DNA from: a virus
Taxonomy: Duplodnaviria > Caudoviricetes
Strand: one strand, 5' to 3'
IMG/VR virus record: IMGVR_UViG_3300044653_000021
Span: 1-51,150 of that record
DNA length: 51,150 bases
This document shows, in pieces, positions 1 through 9,099 of this stretch (the stretch's first letter is position 1; each line of letters opens with the position of its first letter). The notes below the pieces were generated by a model, which was not told the DNA's origin, searched no databases, and saw only the letters and a list, made by a program, of their open reading frames with translations. The position numbers and the translations under genes are program-made.

Positions 1-31
1 TTAATTGATTTGTTACATCCGTCGTTGCCAT
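1..31 (-). CDS. N-terminal fragment (MATTDVTNQL) of a virion protein that probably continues at the other end of the window (50794-51150)
   Basis: ATG at 31-29 preceded by AGGAG RBS; the frame runs off the window start. Confidence 0.6.
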   Translation of the reverse strand, partial: MATTDVTNQL

Positions 32-45
32 TTGTTTCTCCTAAC

Positions 46-384
46 TTAGTGTACAAAAAGTCGAATATGTGCATGAGCTACATTACACATATAAAATGAT
101 TGTGTCTTTGTTGCCGGGGCACTTGACCATATATTACCATTAACATTTATATATTTTACATCAACATATAGTGGTATACGTTGTAAATTATGTGTAACAG
201 TAAATTGTGTATTCGCTAAACCAGTATCAGCAATTTCCACCATACTACCATCTACATTTTGATCTGCTCCATTTACCTGTGTTCCAAAACTAATATTCCG
301 ATTAACTAACTTAAAGATATCCTCAGTAAATCTCTTAGCATTAGGATCTTTAATATCATACGTTTTTGGTCTAGTTATCTTCAT
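46..384 (-). CDS. putative tail/virion protein
   Basis: 112 aa ORF coupled to the upstream ORF in the tail cluster; beta-rich C-terminus (FTVTHNLQRIP). Confidence 0.55.
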   Translation of the reverse strand: MKITRPKTYDIKDPNAKRFTEDIFKLVNRNISFGTQVNGADQNVDGSMVEIADTGLANTQFTVTHNLQRIPLYVDVKYINVNGNIWSSAPATKTQSFYMCNVAHAHIRLFVH

Positions 385-992
385 TACATTTGCGGTGTCT
401 CATCAGCATTGCCACATAACACAAGAGAAATTATTGAATATGCACCAGAACCACCATTACTATTTATTGTCGGCTGTGGCCTTTCTCCTGGTACATTAAT
501 CGGTATACGTAATGTATGTATCCGACCATCAGGAAAATTTGATTTCCTTTTTCCTTTTAATGGTTTAGGTGGAATACTAACTTGATATGGATATGATGTA
601 AATGAATCTGTATTTTGCTCAAATGTTGTTACATTTATAGTAAGTGTGGCATATCCTAATTCACGATATTCCAAAATCAACATATGACAACTAACATCAC
701 GCCCCTCTTGTGGGGCATCTAATGACGGTTTAACTTGTGGGAAATCATATTCTGCTGGTTCTTCACAATTAAAATTAGTTGGATCCATCAATAGGATATA
801 TGATTTTTTAGTAGTATTATTAAACACAGGAGTTAACAACACTCCATTAACACCAAACAAACCACCAGTACTTGTTAATAACCCCGGATTACTCCCCAAC
901 TTAGACGATTGATTTCCAAATGGTCCTTTTGGTAAAGGAGGTAATGGAGGTAATCCACCGGGACTATTAGGGCCGTATTGAGGAAAAGCCAT
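384..992 (-). CDS. putative tail protein (possibly a separate C-terminal part of the nozzle/stabilisation protein)
   Basis: 202 aa ORF directly downstream of the 447 aa tail protein; Pro-rich N-terminus. Confidence 0.5.
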   Translation of the reverse strand: MAFPQYGPNSPGGLPPLPPLPKGPFGNQSSKLGSNPGLLTSTGGLFGVNGVLLTPVFNNTTKKSYILLMDPTNFNCEEPAEYDFPQVKPSLDAPQEGRDVSCHMLILEYRELGYATLTINVTTFEQNTDSFTSYPYQVSIPPKPLKGKRKSNFPDGRIHTLRIPINVPGERPQPTINSNGGSGAYSIISLVLCGNADETPQM

Positions 993-995
993 ATA

Positions 996-2339
996 TTAAC
1001 CAGTATAACAATATCGTGAATGTCCAGTAAAGAAAGTATTTGACTTAAATTCTGGTTGCCAACTAGAATCTTCGATAGAATAATTCCATATTTTTGTACC
1101 ACCAGATTGAGGAATAACTAATTTATAATGATTATAAACATAGTTTCCCTGATAATATGGAATAATACTTCCAACAGGATAACCTACTGCTTGATACAAA
1201 TCATCATATATAGCATCTCTTGCTGTCCCACCTATTCTATTAAAACCACCAAGAGAAACATTATAAATATCATCACTGCTTATAAATATCCCCAATGGTC
1301 CATATGCAGCAAAACCATATGGTATAATATTCCCTATCCCACGATCACTAGCCCATAAATGATTAAATGCAAATGGATTAATCCCTTGTCCAGTACTAGT
1401 AACTTCCGTAATCCCATTCTGCCTCAATATAAACGCCGTAGTACCAACAGTAAGAGCACCAAGTATGCTATCAGGAACATCGAGTTCGTCATTAAAACCA
1501 GCTCCAATATTAACATTTGGATCCCATATAGTAGGTAACCCGGAAGGCGTCCATCTAACACGTTGTGTAAAATAACCACCAACACTTTCATTCGTATTTA
1601 ACATTATAAGTTGTGCATTAAGTTCAATCAAGAATAACGCACCAGCCGTTATCCCATTAGTCGCATCTACCATACCAACAGAACTGAAACCATTAGCCGC
1701 CGCTGGAACACCACCCATGATCCATGTTATAGGCGTTGTACCAGCGTCAACCGTCGTACCAGCAAGAGTTACTGACCAACCAGGAGTTACTCCACCACTA
1801 ATACCAGAATTACTAGCAACTTGGACTTTACCATGAGAGTCTATGATTTGTGATCCTTGTAAATATGGTGTATTCTTCTGCCATAATGCAGGAGCACTTA
1901 CACTAGTTATCCCATCCCACATCCAAAGATTTTGACCACCATTTGTCCAAAATAATTTATCAACGAATACTTGAACACTTGCTGGATTATTAGGACCAGG
2001 TTGTACTGGAAAGGAACCAACTAGACTCCATACTTTATTTGGTTTAGTTGAATTCCTTGTCCATAATCTATTTAGTTGCCATAAACCAGAACTAGTTACA
2101 CAGCAAGTATGATTTACATTATTACTATCTTGAAATGTATGTATAAATAGTACCGGATTCCCATCTGGAGGTCCGGGAATATATAATGACTGTACTGGCC
2201 TAGTACGAATTTCTCCATTCTTTAAAATAAAATTATTCATATACGGTGAAGAATCCACCGTTTGTTGGTCCTCTGGTATGTTAGAATTAACACCCTTCCA
2301 TGGACCCTTAAATTTTATTTCAAAATAATTCTTAGACAT
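996..2339 (-). CDS. tail nozzle / packaged-DNA stabilisation protein (P22 gp10 / T7 gp12-like beta-propeller)
   Basis: N-terminal FKGPWKGVNS..P motif, RVRWT..G.PT.W motif, repeated beta-propeller-like strands; position in the tail module. Confidence 0.6.
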   Translation of the reverse strand: MSKNYFEIKFKGPWKGVNSNIPEDQQTVDSSPYMNNFILKNGEIRTRPVQSLYIPGPPDGNPVLFIHTFQDSNNVNHTCCVTSSGLWQLNRLWTRNSTKPNKVWSLVGSFPVQPGPNNPASVQVFVDKLFWTNGGQNLWMWDGITSVSAPALWQKNTPYLQGSQIIDSHGKVQVASNSGISGGVTPGWSVTLAGTTVDAGTTPITWIMGGVPAAANGFSSVGMVDATNGITAGALFLIELNAQLIMLNTNESVGGYFTQRVRWTPSGLPTIWDPNVNIGAGFNDELDVPDSILGALTVGTTAFILRQNGITEVTSTGQGINPFAFNHLWASDRGIGNIIPYGFAAYGPLGIFISSDDIYNVSLGGFNRIGGTARDAIYDDLYQAVGYPVGSIIPYYQGNYVYNHYKLVIPQSGGTKIWNYSIEDSSWQPEFKSNTFFTGHSRYCYTG

Positions 2340-2359
2340 ATAAACTACTTTTTAATTAT

Positions 2360-3616
2360 TTATTCAATGTTACAAATTGTTCCAGTTACTATAGTACCTG
2401 CTGGTGTTGTACCACTAAGTAATGCAGTAATAGCAAATGTTCCTGATGTTGCAGATGCTTGAATAATACCCCATGCTTGAAAGGGAGAATCTGTTACAGT
2501 AGTTAAAACAACTGTTGGTGTTGCAAATGGTACATTTCCTGCACTAGTTGAAGTAGCACTATTATAAGTAAATGCTTGTACTGCCGAAGCGCTTGATCCA
2601 ATTGATCCAATTAGACCATGACCAGTTTCAGTAGTGGGTGCTTGTGACGCATTCATTCCTAATGATATTTCAGGAGTAGTTCCAGCAGTAATAGAATAAC
2701 TACCATTACAAAACCAAGACCAAGTTTGTGCTGCATTCGGTAATGTCCAAGAACATATAGTAGTTGGAGAAGTTGAAAGGGTAATGGCACCATTTACTTT
2801 ACACTGATTTTGTAAAATTAACCCAGTATTATTAGAACTATTAACACTCCACGCTTCTGTTGTTCCACTACCAGTAGTACCTATACTAGCCCCCACCGCA
2901 CCAGTAGAAACTCCAGTTTGACTAGCTTTAAATGTTCCAGAATTTGTTATTTCAATTCCACCAGTAAAAATAGCAACTGCTATACCATTTGATAAGGCAC
3001 ATAAAATATTAGCCGAACATGCAGAAATACCTGTAGTATTATAAGAATTAAAAGTATACCCAGGAACAGTAGTTGAACCATTGGGTGCAATATAATTAGT
3101 ACCAGTATAAGTTAAAGTAGCACCATTATCAGTCAATAAACTATCAGGTCCAATAGTAGTACCACTTCCAGGATAAACACCTATCTGTCCAGTTGTACCT
3201 GTATTAACTGTACCAGAACCGCCACCAGCAGGATTATTTAAATATCCTGTAAGTGTAACGACAAGACTACCAGTGCCAGTAATAGAAGCAGCAGTATTAA
3301 TCCGAACATAATTCACCGTATGTGCTGTACTAGTAAAATTCCCACTACTAGTACATGTCTGTGACGCAATAATATCCCCGGAACCCCAACTACCAGTCCC
3401 GGTTGTACTACTATCAACTTCCACAGTACAAGCTGAAAGACTTCCAATTACATTCCATGATATCTGGTAATACTGTGTTCCACTACCAATAACAGGTAGT
3501 ATATACGGTGTTTGTACAGATAATGAATATGTCTGTGGAGGAGATTGTGTTGATAACTGACAAAAAGAAAAAGAAGATAACAACAAAATACACAAAAGTA
3601 AATTTATTTTTTTCAT
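2360..3616 (-). CDS. signal-peptide-bearing Thr/Ser/Gly-rich virion-module protein (fibre/decoration-like)
   Basis: MKKINLLLCILLLSSFSFC-Q signal peptide; N-domain paralogous to 5818-6549; GGGSGTVNTG linker typical of fibres. Confidence 0.65.
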   Translation of the reverse strand: MKKINLLLCILLLSSFSFCQLSTQSPPQTYSLSVQTPYILPVIGSGTQYYQISWNVIGSLSACTVEVDSSTTGTGSWGSGDIIASQTCTSSGNFTSTAHTVNYVRINTAASITGTGSLVVTLTGYLNNPAGGGSGTVNTGTTGQIGVYPGSGTTIGPDSLLTDNGATLTYTGTNYIAPNGSTTVPGYTFNSYNTTGISACSANILCALSNGIAVAIFTGGIEITNSGTFKASQTGVSTGAVGASIGTTGSGTTEAWSVNSSNNTGLILQNQCKVNGAITLSTSPTTICSWTLPNAAQTWSWFCNGSYSITAGTTPEISLGMNASQAPTTETGHGLIGSIGSSASAVQAFTYNSATSTSAGNVPFATPTVVLTTVTDSPFQAWGIIQASATSGTFAITALLSGTTPAGTIVTGTICNIE

Positions 3617-3629
3617 TGTTATCCTCTTT

Positions 3630-3917
3630 TTAATGATGATAAATACGTACTGTTCCAGTTAGCGTAATACCATTTATAGGTATCACAATCCCATCTGCAT
3701 GTCTTGATTGTCCTGTTCGGACAGTTTCTAGATCCGCAGCACCTTTTAAATAAGCAAAACTCTTCCCATTTGCTTGATTTATTGTTGCACTATCTGTGGT
3801 ATTTGTATACTGTTGAAACTCCACATTATCAATAAGACATTTATACGCAAACACTATCACAGGTCCAGCAGCAACATCCGCGGCCGTTATCACCCAAGGA
3901 TTTGATGTTACGTCCAT
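3630..3917 (-). CDS. hypothetical virion protein
   Basis: 95 aa, AGGAG RBS, in the structural operon. Confidence 0.6.
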   Translation of the reverse strand: MDVTSNPWVITAADVAAGPVIVFAYKCLIDNVEFQQYTNTTDSATINQANGKSFAYLKGAADLETVRTGQSRHADGIVIPINGITLTGTVRIYHH

Positions 3918-3934
3918 TATAATCTCCTATACAA

Positions 3935-4426
3935 TTACGGAGTTGTACGACCAAAGAAAACAGTAAAAGTAACTGGTGAATTACCTAGTGAATAATTAGC
4001 ACCACCAGAATTACCAATATAAATTGGCATTTGTTGTGTAGTAGCAAAAGACGCTGGACCTACAAATAAGATAGGTCCATTAATACTAATCGCACTAGCA
4101 GTCTGTGTTAAAATCGCACTAAGATCACTAGTAAGGGGATTTAAGTTTGTTACTGGACCATAAAATAATTTAAGGTTTCCACCATTCAATGTATATGCAG
4201 TCCCACCATAATCAAGTCGAACTGAATAAGTATCAACCCAAAGACATTGATAAATACTCGGTGTTGGTGTTAATTGAATAGGAGTTGTCTTAAGTAAATT
4301 CATCTGAGCAGCACTAACTTGTACCTGTGCCACTTCAAGAGTATACATGACATTCCCATTCTGCTGATTAACTGCTTGCCATAATGGATACGTTTGAATA
4401 TTCGGAAGTGAAGGTGATGTTGCCAT
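3935..4426 (-). CDS. hypothetical virion protein (beta-rich)
   Basis: 163 aa, GGAG RBS, in the structural operon. Confidence 0.6.
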   Translation of the reverse strand: MATSPSLPNIQTYPLWQAVNQQNGNVMYTLEVAQVQVSAAQMNLLKTTPIQLTPTPSIYQCLWVDTYSVRLDYGGTAYTLNGGNLKLFYGPVTNLNPLTSDLSAILTQTASAISINGPILFVGPASFATTQQMPIYIGNSGGANYSLGNSPVTFTVFFGRTTP

Positions 4427-4455
4427 TTGTTGTCTCCGTTAAAAGTTATAAAATT

Positions 4456-4734
4456 TTACCAAATAAGCTCTTCATCCATATTCCCTATAATCTCACTAGC
4501 TTCAGTAAGTTTCGGGTCAGGTTGTAATTCCATTGTAGGTACATCAAAAACTGCCTGTATCATAGCTTCTCTTTGTCCAATAAGAGGAACACCATCATTA
4601 CCATAGTCTAAACACCAAGGACAAAGAAGTAATCCACGCTGCCATGTCATCTCACTAATATGCCACTTAAAGGCACATCTATTACAAAAGTGCCACGGAC
4701 CAGAAAGATAACTTCTTTTCCCTTTGTACGCCAT
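4456..4734 (-). CDS. small zinc-ribbon protein in the head/tail module
   Basis: CNRC...QRGLLLCPWC..D pattern, of a type often seen downstream of capsid genes in podo-like phages. Confidence 0.6.
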   Translation of the reverse strand: MAYKGKRSYLSGPWHFCNRCAFKWHISEMTWQRGLLLCPWCLDYGNDGVPLIGQREAMIQAVFDVPTMELQPDPKLTEASEIIGNMDEELIW

Positions 4735-4758
4735 ATAATTAATCCTTATATATCCTAC

Positions 4759-4867
4759 AAAAAGAAAAAACTGGCTCCTTTTCGGTTATGATAATTATTA
4801 AAAACTAGGGTAGTAAAGGAGCCACAAAACCTACCCTAGCCCCCACTATCCCCCGTAAGGTAGTGGG
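4759..4867 (-). terminator. complex intrinsic terminator region (tandem hairpins and T-runs)
   Basis: ctagggtag 4805-4813 / ctaccctag 4831-4839 followed by a T-run on the minus strand; second pairing 4773-4781 / 4815-4823 with T-run at 4759-4770. Confidence 0.6.
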
Positions 4868-4884
4868 AACCTATGTTAATAAAG

Positions 4885-5364
4885 TTAAGGTGTCACTGCC
4901 CAAGAAACACTTAGACTAGATGGCGTTGGGCCAGTAGTAGATTGAGTAACAGTAAAGGTATACGTCGGACTAACAACACCTGTAGCAGAATCTTGTACTG
5001 CTACAGAAGTACTACCAACTTTAAGAGGAGTAACCGTAATTGCACCATTAGTAGGACTTACGACAACACCAACAATAGTCGGATCTTGTGCTACTGCTTG
5101 GATAGAGGCTGGGTTAAATACGAATACTGACCCATCACTATTCAACTCCGTAACAGAACCGACTGCATTTGATGTTGCATTGAGATTAAGTGGTAAAGAA
5201 CTCGTTGACATATATTTTCCCTCAATTTTCCATTTTACTTCGATTTTAGTGGGTGAACTATCTTCATTTGCCGCGTGTAACAACAAATGATATAACTTTT
5301 CCAGTGTATCAGCGATACGTCTTAATTGATGTGTATCATCGTCACTATGATGATGCTCAGACAT
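4885..5364 (-). CDS. Ig-like (Big_2-type) domain virion decoration protein
   Basis: DPTIVGVVVS...ITVTPLKVGSTSVAV Ig-like motif; possible internal start at 5211. Confidence 0.6.
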   Translation of the reverse strand: MSEHHHSDDDTHQLRRIADTLEKLYHLLLHAANEDSSPTKIEVKWKIEGKYMSTSSLPLNLNATSNAVGSVTELNSDGSVFVFNPASIQAVAQDPTIVGVVVSPTNGAITVTPLKVGSTSVAVQDSATGVVSPTYTFTVTQSTTGPTPSSLSVSWAVTP

Positions 5365-5384
5365 AAGAGGCTCCTTTAGCCTTC

Positions 5385-5807
5385 TTACTTCACTGGTAAT
5401 GGTGTAATCTTTGGACTGGTATTTGTGGTAGTAGTAACTACTTCTTTCTTAGGCTCTACAAATGGATCCCACTTAGTAGTACTAGTACTCTCATGCTCCG
5501 TTAAACCCTCTGGTGATACCTTACCAGTAATTAACTGACTACCATCTCCTTCATTACTACTAGCACCACCATCAGCAACTTTATTAACATCACTTTCACT
5601 AACTACTGCATCTGATTTTAAAGTAGCAAAATAAGCATCCATACCATGAGCCATTAGATGTGAATCAAATTGACTCTTAGATGCTTGTTCTGTTCCTAAG
5701 CGACATTGAAAACCACAAAGACATTCACAGTAATACCTATACTGTGCAAAACTATTTGGTTGGTATTCATACTTAACCAACCCATGTTGAATCGGTGAAT
5801 CTGCCAT
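5385..5807 (-). CDS. hypothetical zinc-binding protein
   Basis: start moved to MADSP (AAGGAG RBS); CECLCGFQC...FDSHLMAH motif. Confidence 0.55.
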   Translation of the reverse strand: MADSPIQHGLVKYEYQPNSFAQYRYYCECLCGFQCRLGTEQASKSQFDSHLMAHGMDAYFATLKSDAVVSESDVNKVADGGASSNEGDGSQLITGKVSPEGLTEHESTSTTKWDPFVEPKKEVVTTTTNTSPKITPLPVK

Positions 5808-5817
5808 AAAATCTCCT

Positions 5818-6549
5818 TTAATACCCAATACAAGTATAACTAAACACATCAGAACTAGAAGTTGTAGTAATAGTAAAAGAACTAGTACTAGTATTCGTAA
5901 CTTTCAAAGCATTATTAGCAGCAGTAGTATTATCAGTTACATTACAAAAATACGATGTTGTAGCTGTAAATGCTGGGTTAATACCAGTAACTACACAAGT
6001 GGTAGAAGATGATGCTGGACAGGAACCGAATACAATACGACCAACAATGCCAAAAGTAGGACTGCAAGCAGCAGCAGTTCCACATAACATTAACTCCCCA
6101 ACAAGAGGATTATTTCCTATTTGACCAAAATAATTAAACTGAAAAGTACCTGTGGTTGTAGTAAGAGCTGTAATATTAACTCTTACATATGCCGCAGTAC
6201 CAATAAATGTATATGTCCCAGAGGAAGTACAAGTCTGTTGAGTACCCAACAATGTCCATGAACCAGTACCAGTAGATGACTGTTCCAACTCAATAGTACA
6301 AGTTGAAACAGTCGCTACAGAAGTCCACGTTAATGTATGTGACAAAACAAGACTATTCTGATACATTCCACCTTGGCCACCACAAGGGGCAATAGCAGCA
6401 GAAGTATTCACACCAGCAGCAGCAGTACATGCTACTACCGATGTTACTGGTCCATAACTTTGTACATATTGTGTTTGCTGTGCTTCGCTTAACCCCGCGG
6501 TCAAAACAAGAAAGGGGATTAATAATGCTAAACTCTTAAGAAACTTCAT
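5818..6549 (-). CDS. signal-peptide-bearing Cys/Thr-rich protein immediately downstream of the major capsid gene
   Basis: start moved to MKFLK (GGAG RBS); signal peptide ending SEA-QQ; N-domain shared with 2360-3616, C-domain shared with 41039-43603. Confidence 0.65.
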   Translation of the reverse strand: MKFLKSLALLIPFLVLTAGLSEAQQTQYVQSYGPVTSVVACTAAAGVNTSAAIAPCGGQGGMYQNSLVLSHTLTWTSVATVSTCTIELEQSSTGTGSWTLLGTQQTCTSSGTYTFIGTAAYVRVNITALTTTTGTFQFNYFGQIGNNPLVGELMLCGTAAACSPTFGIVGRIVFGSCPASSSTTCVVTGINPAFTATTSYFCNVTDNTTAANNALKVTNTSTSSFTITTTSSSDVFSYTCIGY

Positions 6550-6570
6550 ATTTATAATCTCCATTTGATA

Positions 6571-6600
6571 TAAAAGTACTGGCTCCTTGTTCCAATACTA
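6571..6600 (-). terminator. intrinsic terminator after the major capsid gene
   Basis: minus strand agtattgg-aacaaggag-ccagtact followed by a short T-run. Confidence 0.5.
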
Positions 6601-6608
6601 ATTTATTA

Positions 6609-7562
6609 CTATGGTCCGTTTGAACCCCAAACACCAAGCCAATTATCAGGAACAGCCGTGAATCTTGACACAACAGATTCTTTAAGAGCCTTGGTATCAA
6701 AATCATCATCAAAGTCCGTTTTCGGCTTTTGGCGCCAAATAAACTTAAGATGATGATATTTCTTCTCACAAAGAGCAAACCATGCTCCGACAGACTGGAG
6801 ATAATTGCTAATCATGTAACCCAAATCTTCACCAAGAAGTGAGTTAATTTCGTTAGTTGCAGTCCCCGGTTTTCCCGGTGAACCAAGTAACTCACGAGCC
6901 AAGAATCTATTAGTAAAATGAATAAGAATAGATTTTGGGAAGTAAGTAACTGGCAAACCTTGTCCATCTACCATACCCTGAAATTGGTTAGTCATTAACT
7001 GAATTCCAGCAAAAGACAAATCAATATCAGTAGCAGGTCGATTAGGATAAGTACCCGGTGCTGAAATAATAGTACTAATACCGGGCGTGTATGAAGTAGC
7101 AGTAGGACCACCAAGTAAGGGATGTTGATTATTAAACAAGGTCACACCGTCAATACTCTTGACGGTGGAGAAACCAAGATTAATAATATTCCAAGGCACT
7201 AACTCTTCCGTAAATTGTTGCGAGCGAGCTAATGCTTTCGGAACCTGCTTAATAACCCCATACTGATCATCATCATGCAACTCAAATGACGAACGTGCAG
7301 CCATTCCATAAGTTAAGGGGATACTACGAATAGTACCACCCTGAATTAACCTTGTATAAAACAAAGGTGTATTCTCAGGCTTCAATGGCATAGGACCAGT
7401 TCCAGCAAATTCTAACTCATCCTTGTACATTGAAGTAATTGTTTCAACATTAAAGACAGCAGGATATTGAAGTTCTCTTTGATACATTTCATTCCATTGT
7501 ACAAAGATCTTTCTTTGTCCTGGTGCCATTAATTGAGCATACTGGCCCCGTACCATACTCAT
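6609..7562 (-). CDS. major capsid protein (HK97 fold, Mu gpT-like family)
   Basis: 317 aa; LMAPG.RKIF N-terminus, ELHDDDQYG, DGVTLFNNQHP and C-terminal W.GVWGS.G motifs; position after scaffold and decoration genes. Confidence 0.85.
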   Translation of the reverse strand: MSMVRGQYAQLMAPGQRKIFVQWNEMYQRELQYPAVFNVETITSMYKDELEFAGTGPMPLKPENTPLFYTRLIQGGTIRSIPLTYGMAARSSFELHDDDQYGVIKQVPKALARSQQFTEELVPWNIINLGFSTVKSIDGVTLFNNQHPLLGGPTATSYTPGISTIISAPGTYPNRPATDIDLSFAGIQLMTNQFQGMVDGQGLPVTYFPKSILIHFTNRFLARELLGSPGKPGTATNEINSLLGEDLGYMISNYLQSVGAWFALCEKKYHHLKFIWRQKPKTDFDDDFDTKALKESVVSRFTAVPDNWLGVWGSNGP

Positions 7563-7610
7563 AATTTAAACTCCTAGACTATTAATGCAAGATTAAAATC
7601 AAAAAAATCA

Positions 7611-8231
7611 TTACGGTACTAACTGCGAAGCACTCTGTAAGAATTGAAATAAAATCCTCGCATTTGCAATAGAACCATCAATAGGATGAAGCCCGGTCAT
7701 TAATACAACAGTATTAGTCCCAGGTGTAACTTTTGCAAAATCCACGTATGCATATCCATTAGCATCATAGGACATACCATACTGTGAGCCAATATTGGCA
7801 ACAGTTGGTGTAGTAGCAGTGCCAGTACTATTATCCGTTTGTGCTGAGAAAATAGTATCAGGATTAGCTTCTGCCATGTCAATATATCCTAATGATGCTG
7901 GAGCGCCTTCAGGAATATTAACAGCATTCGGCTGAAATTGAACACTACCAAATGTAGTACCAGTACCCGGAAATCCTACAATACCAAAAGCAGTAGGCGC
8001 TCCAGCACCATTAGTAGCAAGGTTATGAGCATTCTCTAAAGCCACACCAGCAATGCCCTTAGCAACAGTAACACCATCCCATGCCTGAACATAACCACCA
8101 TTTAATTGTACAGGCGTTCCCATAAAGAAAGTCTGTGCCGCTTTCTCTTGTGGTGCATCTGTCATTTCCGTAGTGTTTTGTTTAGTACTCACTACTTCAA
8201 TAATAGCATGTGTTGCAAGTAATGAAGCCAT
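7611..8231 (-). CDS. putative capsid decoration/cement protein
   Basis: 206 aa directly upstream of the MCP; FFMGTPVQL..G..IAGV and NPDTIFSAQ motifs. Confidence 0.6.
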   Translation of the reverse strand: MASLLATHAIIEVVSTKQNTTEMTDAPQEKAAQTFFMGTPVQLNGGYVQAWDGVTVAKGIAGVALENAHNLATNGAGAPTAFGIVGFPGTGTTFGSVQFQPNAVNIPEGAPASLGYIDMAEANPDTIFSAQTDNSTGTATTPTVANIGSQYGMSYDANGYAYVDFAKVTPGTNTVVLMTGLHPIDGSIANARILFQFLQSASQLVP

Positions 8232-8249
8232 TGTTTATTTCTCCGTTGT

Positions 8250-9095
8250 TTAATTCTGTGTAAACGTAACAGGAGATTCCCCACCACGTTTATATGTAGC
8301 ACTCGCTAATTGACCCCTAGCAACAGGATCTTTACTAATATCATCCATAAAAGACTGACTTGCCGCTGCTACTCCGCCACGTTGGACAGAATCTAATTTA
8401 TAGAGACTATCCAAGACATTCTTCTTATAAAGGGCCATAAGTTGTAGTACATTGATCTTCATAAGAACAACATCATATTGTTTAATTTGTGTTCCATTGA
8501 TCATCGAATCCGCTAAAGGTGTCTTAACTTGATCAACATCATCAGGTATTGCTAAGACAAAACCTAAAGCCAAAAAGCGTTGCATATTACTTTGTAATGC
8601 ATTAATACAATTTACCCACCTAAAACGAATGGCAGGATCTTTCGGCTTAGGACTATATTGCCCAGGTATACTAAAATTAGACGCTTGGATCATTGGTAAG
8701 TCCATAATCATAGACTCATCAATGTTTGCCAAATCTGCCTTAGTAGCCGTTCCTGCCTTCATTCGACCAATAAGATCATCTCGATCTCTTGGACTTAGTT
8801 GACCTTGATAGGCTTTAGTATCTGTTGGTGGTGTAACAGTAACTCCCCCAGTTTCATAAGCCTCTTTAGGTGCAGAGGACATGGAATTATCGGCAATATT
8901 CTGTCGAAGATGTTCCTGTACCTTTGCAGCAAGATCGGCTAGTGGGTTAATGGGGTCAATATCAATTTGTTCAGAACTGTCAATAGGACTAGTCTTTACT
9001 TCATTTCCTAATCCAGATATCATAGCATCAGCTTGATCTTCTGTCGCAAACTGAATATTCTCCGGTAGTGGTGTGTGTCTCTTTAATGGTGACAT
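8250..9095 (-). CDS. head-module hypothetical protein
   Basis: 281 aa; P..RFRWVN...GF...DVVLMKI motif of proteins lying between scaffold and capsid genes. Confidence 0.55.
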   Translation of the reverse strand: MSPLKRHTPLPENIQFATEDQADAMISGLGNEVKTSPIDSSEQIDIDPINPLADLAAKVQEHLRQNIADNSMSSAPKEAYETGGVTVTPPTDTKAYQGQLSPRDRDDLIGRMKAGTATKADLANIDESMIMDLPMIQASNFSIPGQYSPKPKDPAIRFRWVNCINALQSNMQRFLALGFVLAIPDDVDQVKTPLADSMINGTQIKQYDVVLMKINVLQLMALYKKNVLDSLYKLDSVQRGGVAAASQSFMDDISKDPVARGQLASATYKRGGESPVTFTQN

Positions 9096-9099
9096 TTAT

